Assembly (NCBI GenBank): GCA_004764695.1
Contig: SMSO01000014.1
Span: 3,033,648 to 3,097,647 of the forward strand
DNA: 64,000 bases
Origin: Schizochytrium sp. TIO01
Lineage: Eukaryota; Protista; Bigyra: Labyrinthulomycetes
Direction: 5' to 3'
Shown in pieces: positions 10,453-22,508 of this stretch. Both the position numbers and the translations under genes were made by a program. The notes beneath the pieces were generated by a model. The model did not search any database and was not told where the DNA came from. It saw only the letters and a program-made list of their open reading frames with translations. Positions within the stretch are counted from its first letter, which is position 1, and each line of letters begins with the position of its first letter.

Positions 10453-11838
10453 TCAAGTTTCTCCACGCAAAACAGCTTTGGCAAGAAGGATTCCTGCAGT
10501 GCGAACACGATCGACTTCAGAAACCCCAAAGGCACTGAGGCATTCTTGGTAAGCCTGTGTATAGCTAAAATCCGAGTCATTGACGACTTTCATTTGCCCA
10601 CGACTTTGCTCTTCGCTGGGATCCCACCAGGTGGACATAATGGTGCAATTTCGATGTGGAGCCTGCGCATGAATATGCGCAGGCGCCTCCTGTAACACAA
10701 AATAGGCATGGAATACATTATCATCAACAAATATCACGCGGCTACGTTCTGGTGCAATTTCGTGAGCCACAAGATGAGCGATAAGCTTGCCCTTTTCATA
10801 GCCGGCACTAAATATATTTGTCCCAGAAACTCGTTTTATTTTTGCACAGAGATGTTCGTTACGGACCTCCTCAATTAGTGCAGGTCCGCACAATTCATTA
10901 TGAGCTTCGTTCTTAAAGAACTCAAGCATAGAATGCTTTCCACCCACAGCTCTAAGCTTCGTGAAAAGGTCCTGAAGAAGTGCAGGTGTTGATCTAGCTG
11001 TGGCAATGAATAGCGGCACCCCTGCTGCCTGTAACATTGCTAACGACTCAATCGTACCAAACCCACCGCGAATATGGTCCACCGAGGTTATTTGCTGCAG
11101 CGAATCGTCAGGAACATTTGTGAGGACTTTATCGAAATCAAAAACTATGGCTGTATTACAAAGATCACCCCGTAGTTTTTCCATCAGCGTAGCTAAACCT
11201 TCGCAAGTCAAAAGTCGGATTGGTATAGCTCGAGCATTTCCTACCGAGATACCATTTCCCGGCAAAACTGTCAGTTTATTAGGAACTTGAGGCGCAAACT
11301 TGGGAGGACAACTTTCAGTTCGATTGAGCACAGTACCGCTCGGCTTTACAATTTCAAAGATATTATCTGCAGGGTTTGAGTTTTCAACTCCGCATGTTGC
11401 TGACACCATGCTAAATGTATTTTTCTTCGTCGCATTACCTTCATGAATACATTTGTCTTTATCATCCCCTCTATCCAACTGTGACAGTGTCGCTGGGTTC
11501 AAGCATGCTGTATGCGTCTTATGACGTACATGAAAGGCTTTCGCTGGTGGTGTCCATGCTAGCTCCTCCAACAGTCTGCGCGGACTTGGAATAACTGACG
11601 CCCTCCGCGGTGTTGTCTCTGCCCTCAAGGAGCCCAGGTTGCTCAGTCCTGCGCAGGAAGTGGACCCAGAGCGTCTTGCACGGGAATTTGGAGTGGATCT
11701 CGGTATACCTACATTTGTATTACCGGAACCCACATTGGCATTAGATATGAAGCCTGAATCTGTATCCACAATCACAGGTCCATGAAGGCGGCAAGGTGGA
11801 TGCGAATCGACCTCGCTGTTCTGAGGAGGTGACGCCAT
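10453..11838 (-). CDS. HAD-superfamily hydrolase/phosphatase with a disordered N-terminal extension
   Basis: HAD motif I IVFDFDKVLT, motif II FIATARS, motif III EKG and motif IV IFVDDN. First ATG at 11838 (MASPP). Confidence 0.8.
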   Translation of the reverse strand: MASPPQNSEVDSHPPCRLHGPVIVDTDSGFISNANVGSGNTNVGIPRSTPNSRARRSGSTSCAGLSNLGSLRAETTPRRASVIPSPRRLLEELAWTPPAKAFHVRHKTHTACLNPATLSQLDRGDDKDKCIHEGNATKKNTFSMVSATCGVENSNPADNIFEIVKPSGTVLNRTESCPPKFAPQVPNKLTVLPGNGISVGNARAIPIRLLTCEGLATLMEKLRGDLCNTAIVFDFDKVLTNVPDDSLQQITSVDHIRGGFGTIESLAMLQAAGVPLFIATARSTPALLQDLFTKLRAVGGKHSMLEFFKNEAHNELCGPALIEEVRNEHLCAKIKRVSGTNIFSAGYEKGKLIAHLVAHEIAPERSRVIFVDDNVFHAYFVLQEAPAHIHAQAPHRNCTIMSTWWDPSEEQSRGQMKVVNDSDFSYTQAYQECLSAFGVSEVDRVRTAGILLAKAVLRGET

Positions 11839-12786
11839 GAACCACCTCAAGCGAGGAATTTATAGTGCAAGAACCCTAGATTTTGATTCACGAGTCAATG
11901 GACACAGAAAGGGGCTTCTACTCGAGATGAAAACTCTGCAGACACCTTAAGTCCCGGAGCTCGTGCGTTTGCAGGCTCTGGTAGTCTGAGGTCAAGAGCT
12001 CAGTGAGGCGTCGATGGATATAGCAATCGAGGGGAATGCAAACTCACCAAACGGGTTGGAATGGATTTCAAACGATGGAAAGACGGTTCGAAGGACAGAT
12101 AAGGAATGTAACAGCAGTAGACGACGTCAAGGAGCGCGAATGGGATCCAAGAGCAGGCAAGGTTACCTCGAGGCGACCGTTGCGGCTCGCAGCCGCGCCA
12201 ATGTCCGCACGGATTGCAGTCAGTCTGCTCTTAATTTTCTTCCTAACCTTGCCCTTACATTTCTTTTCTCTGGACTTAGGCTCGTCATAGGACCTACCTT
12301 ATTCTACTACTATGCAGGAACTTGCACTTTTTACTCATAGTAATTTTAAACACGAAACTAGTACCGAAGTAGGTAGGTAGGTACTACTGCTGTATTCCTC
12401 CCGATCACATGGTGCTTAGGACTCTGTTAAGCATTAGCTACGGCGGGTCCCATTTGAGGCATTTGAGGGAACTCGGCCTAGGAACACCACAGATAGAACG
12501 AATTTTGGTTGGAACGCTACGATACAGCTTTGAAAAGGACACGAAGAAGAGCTTTTTCGCGTAGAAACCCTCTCGAGGCAAGAACTTCGAGGTACCTAGC
12601 TGTGGCCTGGCCGGGGTCTCGCGCAGAAACGGGGCCCTGCAGCCCCTGGCGGAGGCCTGTGGCCGGGCGAGGGCGGCGTGGCGGCCTGGGGTTAGGGCGG
12701 CGCGGGTGGGACCGGCTTGCTCCTGGGCTTGGTCTCTCTGAAGAATAGCAGGAGGAGACCGAATGGGATTGAAGGAAGAACTGAGG

Positions 12787-12828
12787 AATTAATTAATTAA
12801 TTAATTAATTAATTAATTAATTAATTAA
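12787..12828. repeat. (AATT)n self-complementary microsatellite
   Basis: About 10 tandem AATT units. Confidence 0.9.
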
Positions 12829-15189
12829 CAAATGGCTAACTGACTTATAGGGCTGTTCTAACATCCCGGCGGCTCTTGCTGTGTTCCATTGGATCGTTCT
12901 ATTTTAAGATCTTATTCTTTTTTACTGTTATTGTTATTGTTGTTGTTGATGTTAGGAGAAATTATGATGATACTTTTTTAATGTATTTTAAATTGAAAAG
13001 GGTTTTGGTGAGAGAAGTTGAACGATAAAAGAACACTGAGAGGTCGAGATGGGGAACCGTGAACCGTGCAATCTCGAGCAATATCGGCGCCACCCTTTGC
13101 TCTTGGCGCAGGGGCTTGAAGGAGCATGCAAGAAAGACCTCTTGCAAAATGCAAAAGAAGGATGGCAAGGCAGTGCTCTTCATTTAGCTTTTCGTGCTTT
13201 GCAACCCACGATCAATTAGGCCATGGTTCCTAAACTTGAACTTTGGAGTTATCATGAGAAACTAAAAATATTAAAATAAAATAAGATAAAATGAAATAAA
13301 ATAAAGCCATGTACCAAATTTTTTCTTTCTTTTAAGTAAATGAAAGAGAACGGAGAGAAAGAACGACCCACACAGGTAGGGCGTGCGTAGGGCTAGTGTT
13401 TAGGTTAGGAACGCTTAAGGGAAAAGCCTACCAGGGGTTTCAAGATCGATGAATGGAATTATCTATTGAATTTAACAAACTGACTGATCTTCGAGCTCAG
13501 CGATGGACAAATGCCCCGCCTTCAAAGCTACATTCCAAGCTGCCTTTCACGTTGTATCGAGCCGCACGATATTCTGAAGTGAGAAAGAAGTTCCTCGCGC
13601 CAATAGATTTGCAGATGAGATTTTGTGAGACCCTTGTCCACCGTCGTGTAAAATTCGGCAATGAATGCCCTTCTTTACTATCACAAGCGACCACGCTTGA
13701 GCTCTGCGAAGGAGAGTCTCCAAAGACGGAAAACGTTCGAGAAGATGGATTTATCGTATTCGCACGAAGAGAACGACCGCTCACAATCCACAGAAAGTTG
13801 CATTTGCTTGAGGCCTTACAGAACATGACCAAACCAATCTTGACGACAGGAACAACAACGTCTAAAACGTCGGAAACGAGCGTTGAGAACGGTGATGGCG
13901 TGGTAAACCTCTCTTGAAGGTTTAGGCATGATTTGTTCGGGCATTTGACGATGCTCCTCTGTAATTCGAAGGGAGGTTTTCGAGTAACATGCGTAAGCCA
14001 CACCGAAAGCCTAAAATGGACGGTTTGCAGAGCATCGATGTGGCGACCGTGATTTTTGAGATGTGCGAAGATCGACTGCGGGTACGTGCGAAGATTTGAG
14101 GATGTCCATGGGTTCTGTAGAGTGGGCTCTACGAAGAGTGAGTGGAGACGAGCCTCTCTTAACGGAACCCCTTGCATGTGCCACAACGGTGGGAACAACG
14201 AGGCTGACAAAACGACAGCCGAGGCGCCGATTGGGCTTGACTCATGGACAGCGCGCAATTCCGTGTATCATATCAGGACTCCGAGGCAGGCTCGAGGTTA
14301 CGGAGATTGATGTACTGTTGACCAATTGAATATCTAGCTAGGTCGAATATAACATTGGTGTTTTAGAAAGCTGTTTGACCTGGGTTCTGCACGCGTTCTT
14401 TGCTTTTTTATTTATTTAGTTTTATATTTGTTTTGAAAAAAATAAATAAATAAAAAGTTTTTAATTTTAATTGATGCATATATATAAACAACATTAATTA
14501 GCATGATCGAGAGAAGAACCAGAAACTCAGAAGGACTCCGATAAAAAGCAAGCAAAGCGCAGCACACTCAAGAGCTCTGTTGAGCATACTTTCGATCAAA
14601 GCGCGCTAGCTTCCATGCCGTTTTCTAGTCTTCTCTGTCACTAGGGCCAATTGTTTGCTACCAAGAGGCATGCGAAGAGAGAAAGAAAGAAAGAAAGAAA
14701 GAACGAAAAAAGTGGTTGTTTGGCTTCTAAATTTATTTATTTGGCTGTTTAGTTGTTTGTTTTCACTTCTTTATTTTATCTATTTTCAATTATTCATAAG
14801 AACGCCAACCCGAATGAGAATGAGGGTCTGTCTCCAGGCACGAAGATTATGTGAACCCGGTACAGCTGCTGCGCACGCTATGGTATGATATGATATGATA
14901 TGATACGGCTTGGGGTCAGAACGAGCAGGAGCGTCGAATTGCGGGACTCTGTGCAAAACGAGGAGGAAGAAAGCAGCAGTCTTCGTCGGTTTGCAAGTTC
15001 AAGAAAGCCACGTCAGTGGGAAAGAAGAAAATCAAAAAAAGAAAGGAAGGAACTAAAGAAAAGAACTAAAGCAATCAATGACACGGAAACGGTAGGAAGC
15101 GCTAAGTAGTCCTATGGACTGCTAGACAGGGGATTGATTAGATTACATTACATTCCAAAGGACCCTCATCGCAGACCGTTCTCTCCGCT

Positions 15190-15700
15190 GCTTGGGTCCT
15201 CCCTCTGCAGTGCGTGCTACAGAGCTGAGCGAGCTGGTGCAGCAGGAAGAGATCGGGCTTGGCGCTGAGGAGATGGCCTCGAAGATCCTCTTTGTCAGCA
15301 CGAACTCCTGCGGCACGGCGTAGGCGGCGAGGTCCGCTGACCGTCTGCTCGATGAGGCATTGACTGCCGAAGCGAAAGATTGAGTGAGTGAGTGAGTGAG
15401 TGAGTGAGTGAATGCTTTCTCTCCCTTCGTCTTAAAACCGGACTTCGTCAGTTCATCTGTGGCGACCAAGCCAGCTCCACCTCGGCGTCGTCCCGATTAC
15501 ATCCTCTCCCTCCACGGAGAGGACGACGCAGACGTCACCGTTCCAGAGCTGGGTTTCTTTCTGCATGAGCGAGACTGAAACGAAGCAGGCAGGCAGAAGG
15601 AGACGGAGTACCTGCGAAGGGAGACCGCTCTGCGGAGTCAGATACAGCCCAGTATATGCGGACACATACAAACCTGTAGTATCACAGATAGATCACTTGC
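15190..15700 (+). pseudogene. putative decayed coding fragment of unknown family
   Basis: One frame with GC3-rich codons (ELSELVQQEEIGLGAEEMASKILFVSTN...PDYILSLHGEDDADVTVPELGFFLHERD). Broken by TAG 15321, TGA 15576 and a frame-preserving 30-nt (TGAG)n tract at 15381-15410. Confidence 0.3.
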
Positions 15701-16252
15701 GCAAAGTTTGGCCCTTTCACGCTCTGTGTTTCTGAAGAATTTATAATTTGTTTATTTGTTCATTTGTTTGTTTGTTCATTTGTTTGTTTGTTTGTTTGTT
15801 TGTTTATTGTTTATTTATCATTCACTCATTGTTGTTGTTCTTCTTCTTCTTTGCTTTTTTAAAGTGTTCTTTCCATTCCCATTTCTTGGTTTCTTTCTTT
15901 TAAGTTTCCCGATGGTACGATTTGAATGATATGAAGTGCATGATATGGTGATGATTTACGTAGGCATGATATAATGATACTAAGTAGGGAGGTACTTGTA
16001 TTTGAATGGAACGAGTAGAAGGTTTATACGGAAAGGTATATATAGATATATATGTATTTATAGATATATGTACATGTATATATTGATTGTAGATGATAGG
16101 GTAATTGAACAATCGAAATCGAAACAGAAGAGGACAGAAAAGGGAGGAGAAAGCAAAGCGGCTTTGGCGTCGTCGCTCGCGTCGTGCTCGCGTGTGGAGC
16201 GAGCGTTGGCGCGGAGGCGTGTGAAAGGGCCTGATAATCGCGGCTGCCACCC

Positions 16253-17925
16253 GTGGCGGCCGCGAGGAGTGGAGGCAGAGGAAGAATTGGCTGCATCGTC
16301 TCAAGCCCCGCCCGCGACTCGACGCCTCATCCGGCGGGCGAGGCTGGGTCGCCTGCTGCGGCCCCTAGAGAGCATATTGTTGACGCAAGCGCAAACTTGG
16401 AGAATACCAGCACTGGAATTGCTGGTCGAAACCTCAACGCAAACACCAACTTTGACAACTTCGGCTACCAACTGAGTAATTTTAAAAAAGGCATCAACGT
16501 CAATAACAACACTAATATCATCAGCAACAACAGCAACAATAACAGCGTTCAAGAAAGCTCGCTCGACAGCAATATAGGACACTCTTATATTCAGGGAAAC
16601 TTTCAAGGCTCTACAGAGTCCTCGTACTCGAGTCGAGGGCTTGCGCTGAGAGGCCTTGGGGAGACAAACCCAACGAGCACCACGGACTCGCAGGGCGACA
16701 ACCTCGCGGTCCAGCTTGGCCGGCAGCTGCGTGAGGAGCAGCAGGCTGAGCTGAAGGCAAGACTAAACCTAAGGCGCGAGAAGGCTTGTGAGAACAGCGG
16801 CGCAAGCACAAGCTGGTCCGTAGCGTCGTCGTCTGCAGTTTCGGAGGACACCAAAACAGCACGGCTATTGAAAGATAGCGCAGAAGACCTGGAGCCCCAA
16901 GACCAAGATCAAGATCAACATCACGCGCAAGTGCTGAGCCTTTATCAACCACCGAAGCTTCCTGCTAGGTCTGTTGAGAACCAAAGAGCACCCGTACTTA
17001 GTGACGATCTGCAGCAATCCAAGATATATAGCGACGAGGAGCGCATCCTTGCCCAAATCCAATCCCAAACTAGAATTCAAGCTCAGCCAGGCTCGCATCT
17101 AGCTCCTGTACCTTTGCTGACCTCTAATTCGACATTTTCGAACTCCACTTTTGAGACCAAGCATCCGGTGGAATCCTCGACTTCATCTTCATCGTCTGCA
17201 TCGTGGACTTCAGGCGCACCATCGCCGCAAAGCACTGCTTGCCAGGGACTTGTTCACCAAGAAAGCAGCGGAAGTGCAAAAGAGGGATCTTCTTTACCGA
17301 AGCACGAGGCGTCTTTCTCTTCACAGTCGTCAACTAGGTCGCGAGGTGGTTCGCGAGTTGTGCGAGCCTCTGACGAAGGCAGCTGGAAGGTAGTTCAACC
17401 TCGAGCAAGGACCATGGCAGGCGGCGGCAGTGGACGGCTGCAACTTAAAGTATGCAGCGCGCGCAACTTGACCAGCGAAAAGACAATTTACCCTTTTGTC
17501 CAGGTGGTTAATGGATTATATAAGGAGAAAACGTCCCATCGTAAATGTTCACTCGGACAGAAAACTGTGTATTGGAACCAAAAGTTCGTAGTCGACGAGG
17601 TTTCAGCCGGGGGTTCTGTGCGTCTTGAAGTCAAGAACAAGGAGTCTTTTCTGACCCCACCAACCCTAATGGGTGTCGTTATTCTGCAGGTTCCTGAGAA
17701 TGCGAATCAACTTGAAGACGTGTGGATCCCTATCATGGAGCCCAAGTCAATGGAATCTACAATTGCCGAGTTGCACTGTGTTTTTCAGTTCGAGGGTTCC
17801 CTCCCTAACATGCCACACCCCATGTCGCCCACACGATACAATATGGGTCCTGGGTACCACTCGAGTTCGATGAGCTCGTATTCAGAGACTTCCCCTGTAT
17901 TAGGGTCTCGCTCTCCATCGAATAT

Positions 17926-17958
<33 letters not shown>

Positions 17959-19846
17959 ACAGCAGCAACAAATAACAATGGCCAATTCGTCTAGTGCAGC
18001 CGGGTCGCGTTTCGAAATCTCTCATGCTGTGGCCGAACCGCCAGCACCTAGGCGAGCACAACGATCTCCGACACAAGAAGACGTAAACAAAGCCATACGT
18101 CCTTCATCTGGTTTTGATGGACACGCTGCTGCACTTACGATCAATGAGTTGATGGATTCCTTGGAAAGAGTTAAGCACATTATTGAGTCTCACAGTGGAG
18201 CCGGCGCTGGGGCTGGTACTACAGTAATTGTTCAAGCCTCGGATCCTGAAAGGCTCGATCTTCTTCGAAGCGCGCGTGATGAACTAGAGAGTATTCAAGC
18301 CCAGATCGAAGCTGAAGCCACCCTTTCTCCTGAATGGCGCGCCAAGCTTGTGGACCTTGCTGCAGCATATGGTTCAGATCTAGCTGTGCTCCTTAGCACA
18401 GAAGCTTGGGATGATGTGAACCGGAGACGGTCTCGTGTTGTTGGAGGTAACAGTAAAATGCAACACCAGCAGCAGCAAAACCCTCTTCAAGAAGCATTGT
18501 CTAACCACAACAATAGCAGTAGGTCGTCTAATGGAAAGGCACCTGTGTTCAAAGAAACCACCAAAACCTTTGCCTTAGAAAGCCTTGAGCTTTTTGATTC
18601 ACTTCTGGATAAAGGCTATGCAGTGGAGATACTCGAGCCAGGACAACCTGGCGCTGCACCGATCGCTAAGGGCGATAAGGTTTCTCTTGAGTATATTGTG
18701 TACATATGGGATTCGGTGAATATGCTTGCTGTGTCTTATGCAGATTCTGCCTCTTCGGGAAACTTAGAGTTCGTTGTAGGAGATGATGAGCAGCCTGTGG
18801 GACTTAGTTTAGGACTTGAATCACTCAGCGAAGGCGCACGATTTAACATTTGCATTTCGCCACCACTTGCCCATGGTGAGAATGGCACAACTGACGTCCC
18901 ACCCAATACACACGTCCTCTATGAAGGCAAAGTTGTTGGCGTTGAACGCCATGCGGCTTCAGTAGCCTCAGAAACAGTGGAGCTTGCCGAGACTCATCCA
19001 GACGCGTTATTGAAAAATAAACGCGCTTCCTTGCGTTATCCTGCACGCCAAAATCGGGTGTCTCTTGCTATTCCGGGTGAACCTATTGACTCTACAGATT
19101 TGCAGCAACCTCCACCTCCAACTTTGCAGACACCACTCATTTCTCCTGCTGCATCTTCGTCGTATAATTCATCCTCATCCACGAATACTCTCACTACCTG
19201 TCCCTCTGGAGACGGGGACTCTAACTCAGCTCCTGGAGCACTCCCTGCACGCACCAAATCACCTTTCCAACAAGAACTCTCGACTGCTGTGACTTCGAAG
19301 TCTAATGCACGTGCTAATGCGGAGTTAAGCAACACCAAAAAACACTCAAGTCATGAGCAACAGCCACCACCATTGCCTCCACGCAGTGATTACTTGTTCC
19401 CCAAGACTGGAGGCCCTATGAAGGTCCCCCCTCGCCCAACCCGGAACCTAGCTCCAACCGTTTCTGCTTCTAGTACAGCGAGTGCGCCAGTGCCCCCTGT
19501 ACCGCATACTCGTAATCATGGAATGAAACCATCTACTTCTGACACCCCGCCACAGACTGTGTCTTCTATATCCTCAGCGCCTGCCTCAAGAGCTACGCAA
19601 GCAGGAGCCAATGCTCATAATGACATTCCTACGAACGGCAGTCCTAACCTTGGAAAGTCAGTGAATGAGTGGCTTGCTGATGTTGGCTTTGAACAGTTTG
19701 CACCCGCTTTCCATGAGTTGGGGGTAGAAGAACTTGCGGATTTTGGTCTTTTACACAAGTCCGATCTCGAGAGGATTGGTATGCGCCTCATCCAAGTTCG
19801 CAAGTTTATGGCTCATGTGGCCAATCTTGGAATTAGTATCGAATAG
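16253..19846 (+). CDS. C2 domain + FKBP-type PPIase-like domain + Pro-rich region + SAM domain protein; first ATG at 17414, probable non-AUG N-terminal extension
   Basis: C2 (LQLKVCSARNL...VYWNQKF...LEVKNKE...LMGVVIL) at ~17434-17795, polyQ, FKBP fold (KGDKVSLEY...ISPPLAHGENG..VPPNTHVLYE) at ~18610-18945, and C-terminal SAM (SVNEWLADVGFEQFAPAF...DLERIGM). The frame is open from 16238. Confidence 0.85.
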
Positions 19847-20488
19847 ACCATACATACAACTACTACATAACCTGTAATACCAAAATGATGTTTGCCAGTG
19901 CCACGAGTCCTATTATTCTATTTTTATTCATTATATACCTTTTTTTTTTAATTGCTGCAGTCAGCTAGCTTGTAACAAATAATCAAGGTTTCGAAGCGAT
20001 TATGGACTAGACTCTGTCTAATATTTTCAGTGTCACGACATCAAAAAAATCTGCTATTTCAAAACGCAGAAAATCTTTCAGCATTTTTAAAAAAGAAATA
20101 ATTTCGTATTTGTAAGAGAGGTATTCAATTTGTTATCTGATCACGTACATTTATCAGTTCACCTTATCATTCGGTATTTCTTTCTATCCATCTATTGTGT
20201 TTACGTTGGCTCAAGTTCCTGGTTTCCTCCCATGTGTCTCTTGTCTTCAATGTTCAATTCAGAAGGTATGATATTTTTCTAGCGGGGAAATAGTGTAGAG
20301 CAAAATAGGTTGCCCTCATGTGTCGCTAATGCTGAGGCGCGATCCTTTCACGTCTTTCAAAATAAAATTGAATAATAGAAAAACGTTAAAGAACCATATG
20401 CATAGGCATGGTCTGGCAGCTGACACCATGAACAAAACTTTCTCAGCTTCGTTCAAAAAATCCCTTGTTTACTTTTAACATGAAGGAA

Positions 20489-21544
20489 CTAGGTTCGCTC
20501 TAAGAGGTCCGTGCTGAAGGCCTCGTCCATGCCCAGGGAAGCTGCGTGAGCGCGACCCTGTTCGTCGACATGTCCATCTTGGATTCGTGTGCGAGGAAGC
20601 CAGTAATACACAAAGACCGTCGCTGTAATTGGCAGATGGTAAGCTATCAGCTTAAGAAAGATGCGTACAATTTCCTCGAATGCGGTCTCAAAAACAACGC
20701 ATTGCTCTGGATCCCTGTGAAACTCGCTCATATACGTATGAAATATAGTCCCCGTCGAAGAGTAAGGATAAGGAGAAAAGTGTCCGTGAATCAATGTCAA
20801 AGTTAGTAAACGTGTTTCAATTTTTCGCAATACCAATCAAAGGAGAACCAAAGCAACTTACTCGTAAACGAACTTTAGCCACACATCGAGCACAACCTGC
20901 GCCGAAGCGCCCAAAGCATTGAAAATAAGGAGTGTGCGAAGAGCCTTTTGTTGCAGCGCTACATCGATTTCATCGCGAATAGAAGCATCTGCATATACAT
21001 GGTGCCACTGCATTGCTCCAGCCAATTTGCGCATAACCTTGAGTCCTGGAATGGAGAAAAGTGCAACGACCATTAGTTGAGACACAGACATGACTAACCA
21101 TCGCGGGTGGAAACAAAGGTCTTGTTTACGGCCCATTGCCACAAGAAAAATGATCGTAAGGTAGAAAACCACTACGCCTAACAACGGAAAGTAATACCTT
21201 GAAAAGATCTCTGGATCGGTGCCGGTTTCTGCAGCTGTTTTAGCATAATTTGCGCAAGTTATCAACGATTGGACTCCTCGAGCATAACCTGCGGCAAATG
21301 TAAGCTTTTGGTTCCTGTCTATAAGGTATTTGATAGTCAGAAACAGTGCTTGCACAGTGCCGAGAATGAGCATTAGCAAGTTGAGACCATACCATCGCGT
21401 GCGCACAAAGACCACAAAAATTCGGAGAGTCGCCAAAACGCAAATAACAAGCAAAACAGCGCTAGCAGTGCCAAGCGTGACACCTCTTACGCAGTCCCAG
21501 TTCAAAAGCAAGTCCGACTCGGTCGAAGCGCAGTGAGGCCACAT
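20489..21544 (-). CDS. seven-transmembrane (GPR137/TOM1-like, GPCR-like) protein, two exons join(21544..20862, 20714..20489), 302 aa
   Basis: ATG at 21544 (MWPHC). Six hydrophobic helices in exon 1; GT-AG splicing adds a seventh (IVRIFLKLIAYHLPITATVFVYYW) in frame (683+226=909 nt). Family assignment is by resemblance only. Confidence 0.7.
20715..20861 (-). other. spliceosomal intron (147 nt) in the 7TM gene
   Basis: Donor GA|GTAAGT, a TACTAAC branch-type motif at 20802-20808, acceptor TTTCACAG|G. Removal joins two ORFs in frame. Confidence 0.8.
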
Positions 21545-22508
21545 GGTAAATCGAAACGAGCCAGCAACAGGCTTGAAGCGAAGTAGATTTGAAGAAACAC
21601 CACTCAGCACCTATCAGAAGTAAAGAAGACCAAAACTTTAGCTAGAAACGAACTCAAGAGAGCTGGTGCAGAAGAGCAGGTCCCTACGAGTACATATACT
21701 TTTGCTTTAAGAAGACGGTCTTGACATGATAGGGATGCCTCTCTGCATGACAAGCTGCCTCCTTTCCTCGTTTCTTTTTAGAATTGTTTTTATTTTTTAT
21801 TTTCCATAGTTTCCTTTTCTTATATACCTGCTTAGAGTCCATGTAGTAGACAATGAAAACTGAGAACATGTCTTTTGCATTCATTGCTGTTTCTATCGCT
21901 ACGCATTATGTGGTACCATGGTAAGAATGAGCGCATTTATAGTTGGTATTCTCATTTATTATTGCAGTAGATAGTGCGCAACATATTTGCAAGTGAGTGC
22001 CATAGATTTGAAATCGGAACATAGGTACTAGCTCTTTTATTCATGTTTGTCTCTTGATTCGTATTATCGACGCACGTGCGCTGATAATCTCCTAATAATG
22101 TCTAGGTGAAGTACCCTGGTCCTAGGCAAGGGCAATATAACCAAGCTACGCATACTGATGACTGTCATATCAAGGCTACATGAAAGGCGCAGAGTTTCTT
22201 GCAGATGTTATGTTTTGTTTTGTTGTTTACGCTTATATAATCAATCAAGAAGGGGGAAGAACGTTTGGAACAACGATTTTTAAGGGTGAGATTTGACCTA
22301 TGTCCGTTACGCATGGAAGCCCATTAAATCGAGACTAGCGTACAGAAGTCCAACAAACTAAGTGATAGGAGCATACAGCAGTAAAATCACTGGCAAAACT
22401 TATGATACAGACAAAAAGTACTCCAGCTGTTTAAGAGGAGGATCTTGCTTTTAGTGGAACAAAAGCAGCACAAGGTCCGCACGAGAATAAGTAAAAACTT
22501 TGGTCCGA

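Noticed and set aside
12692-12697. TTAGGG as an interstitial telomere
   Set aside because: Single copy only; kept just as part of the G4 motif.
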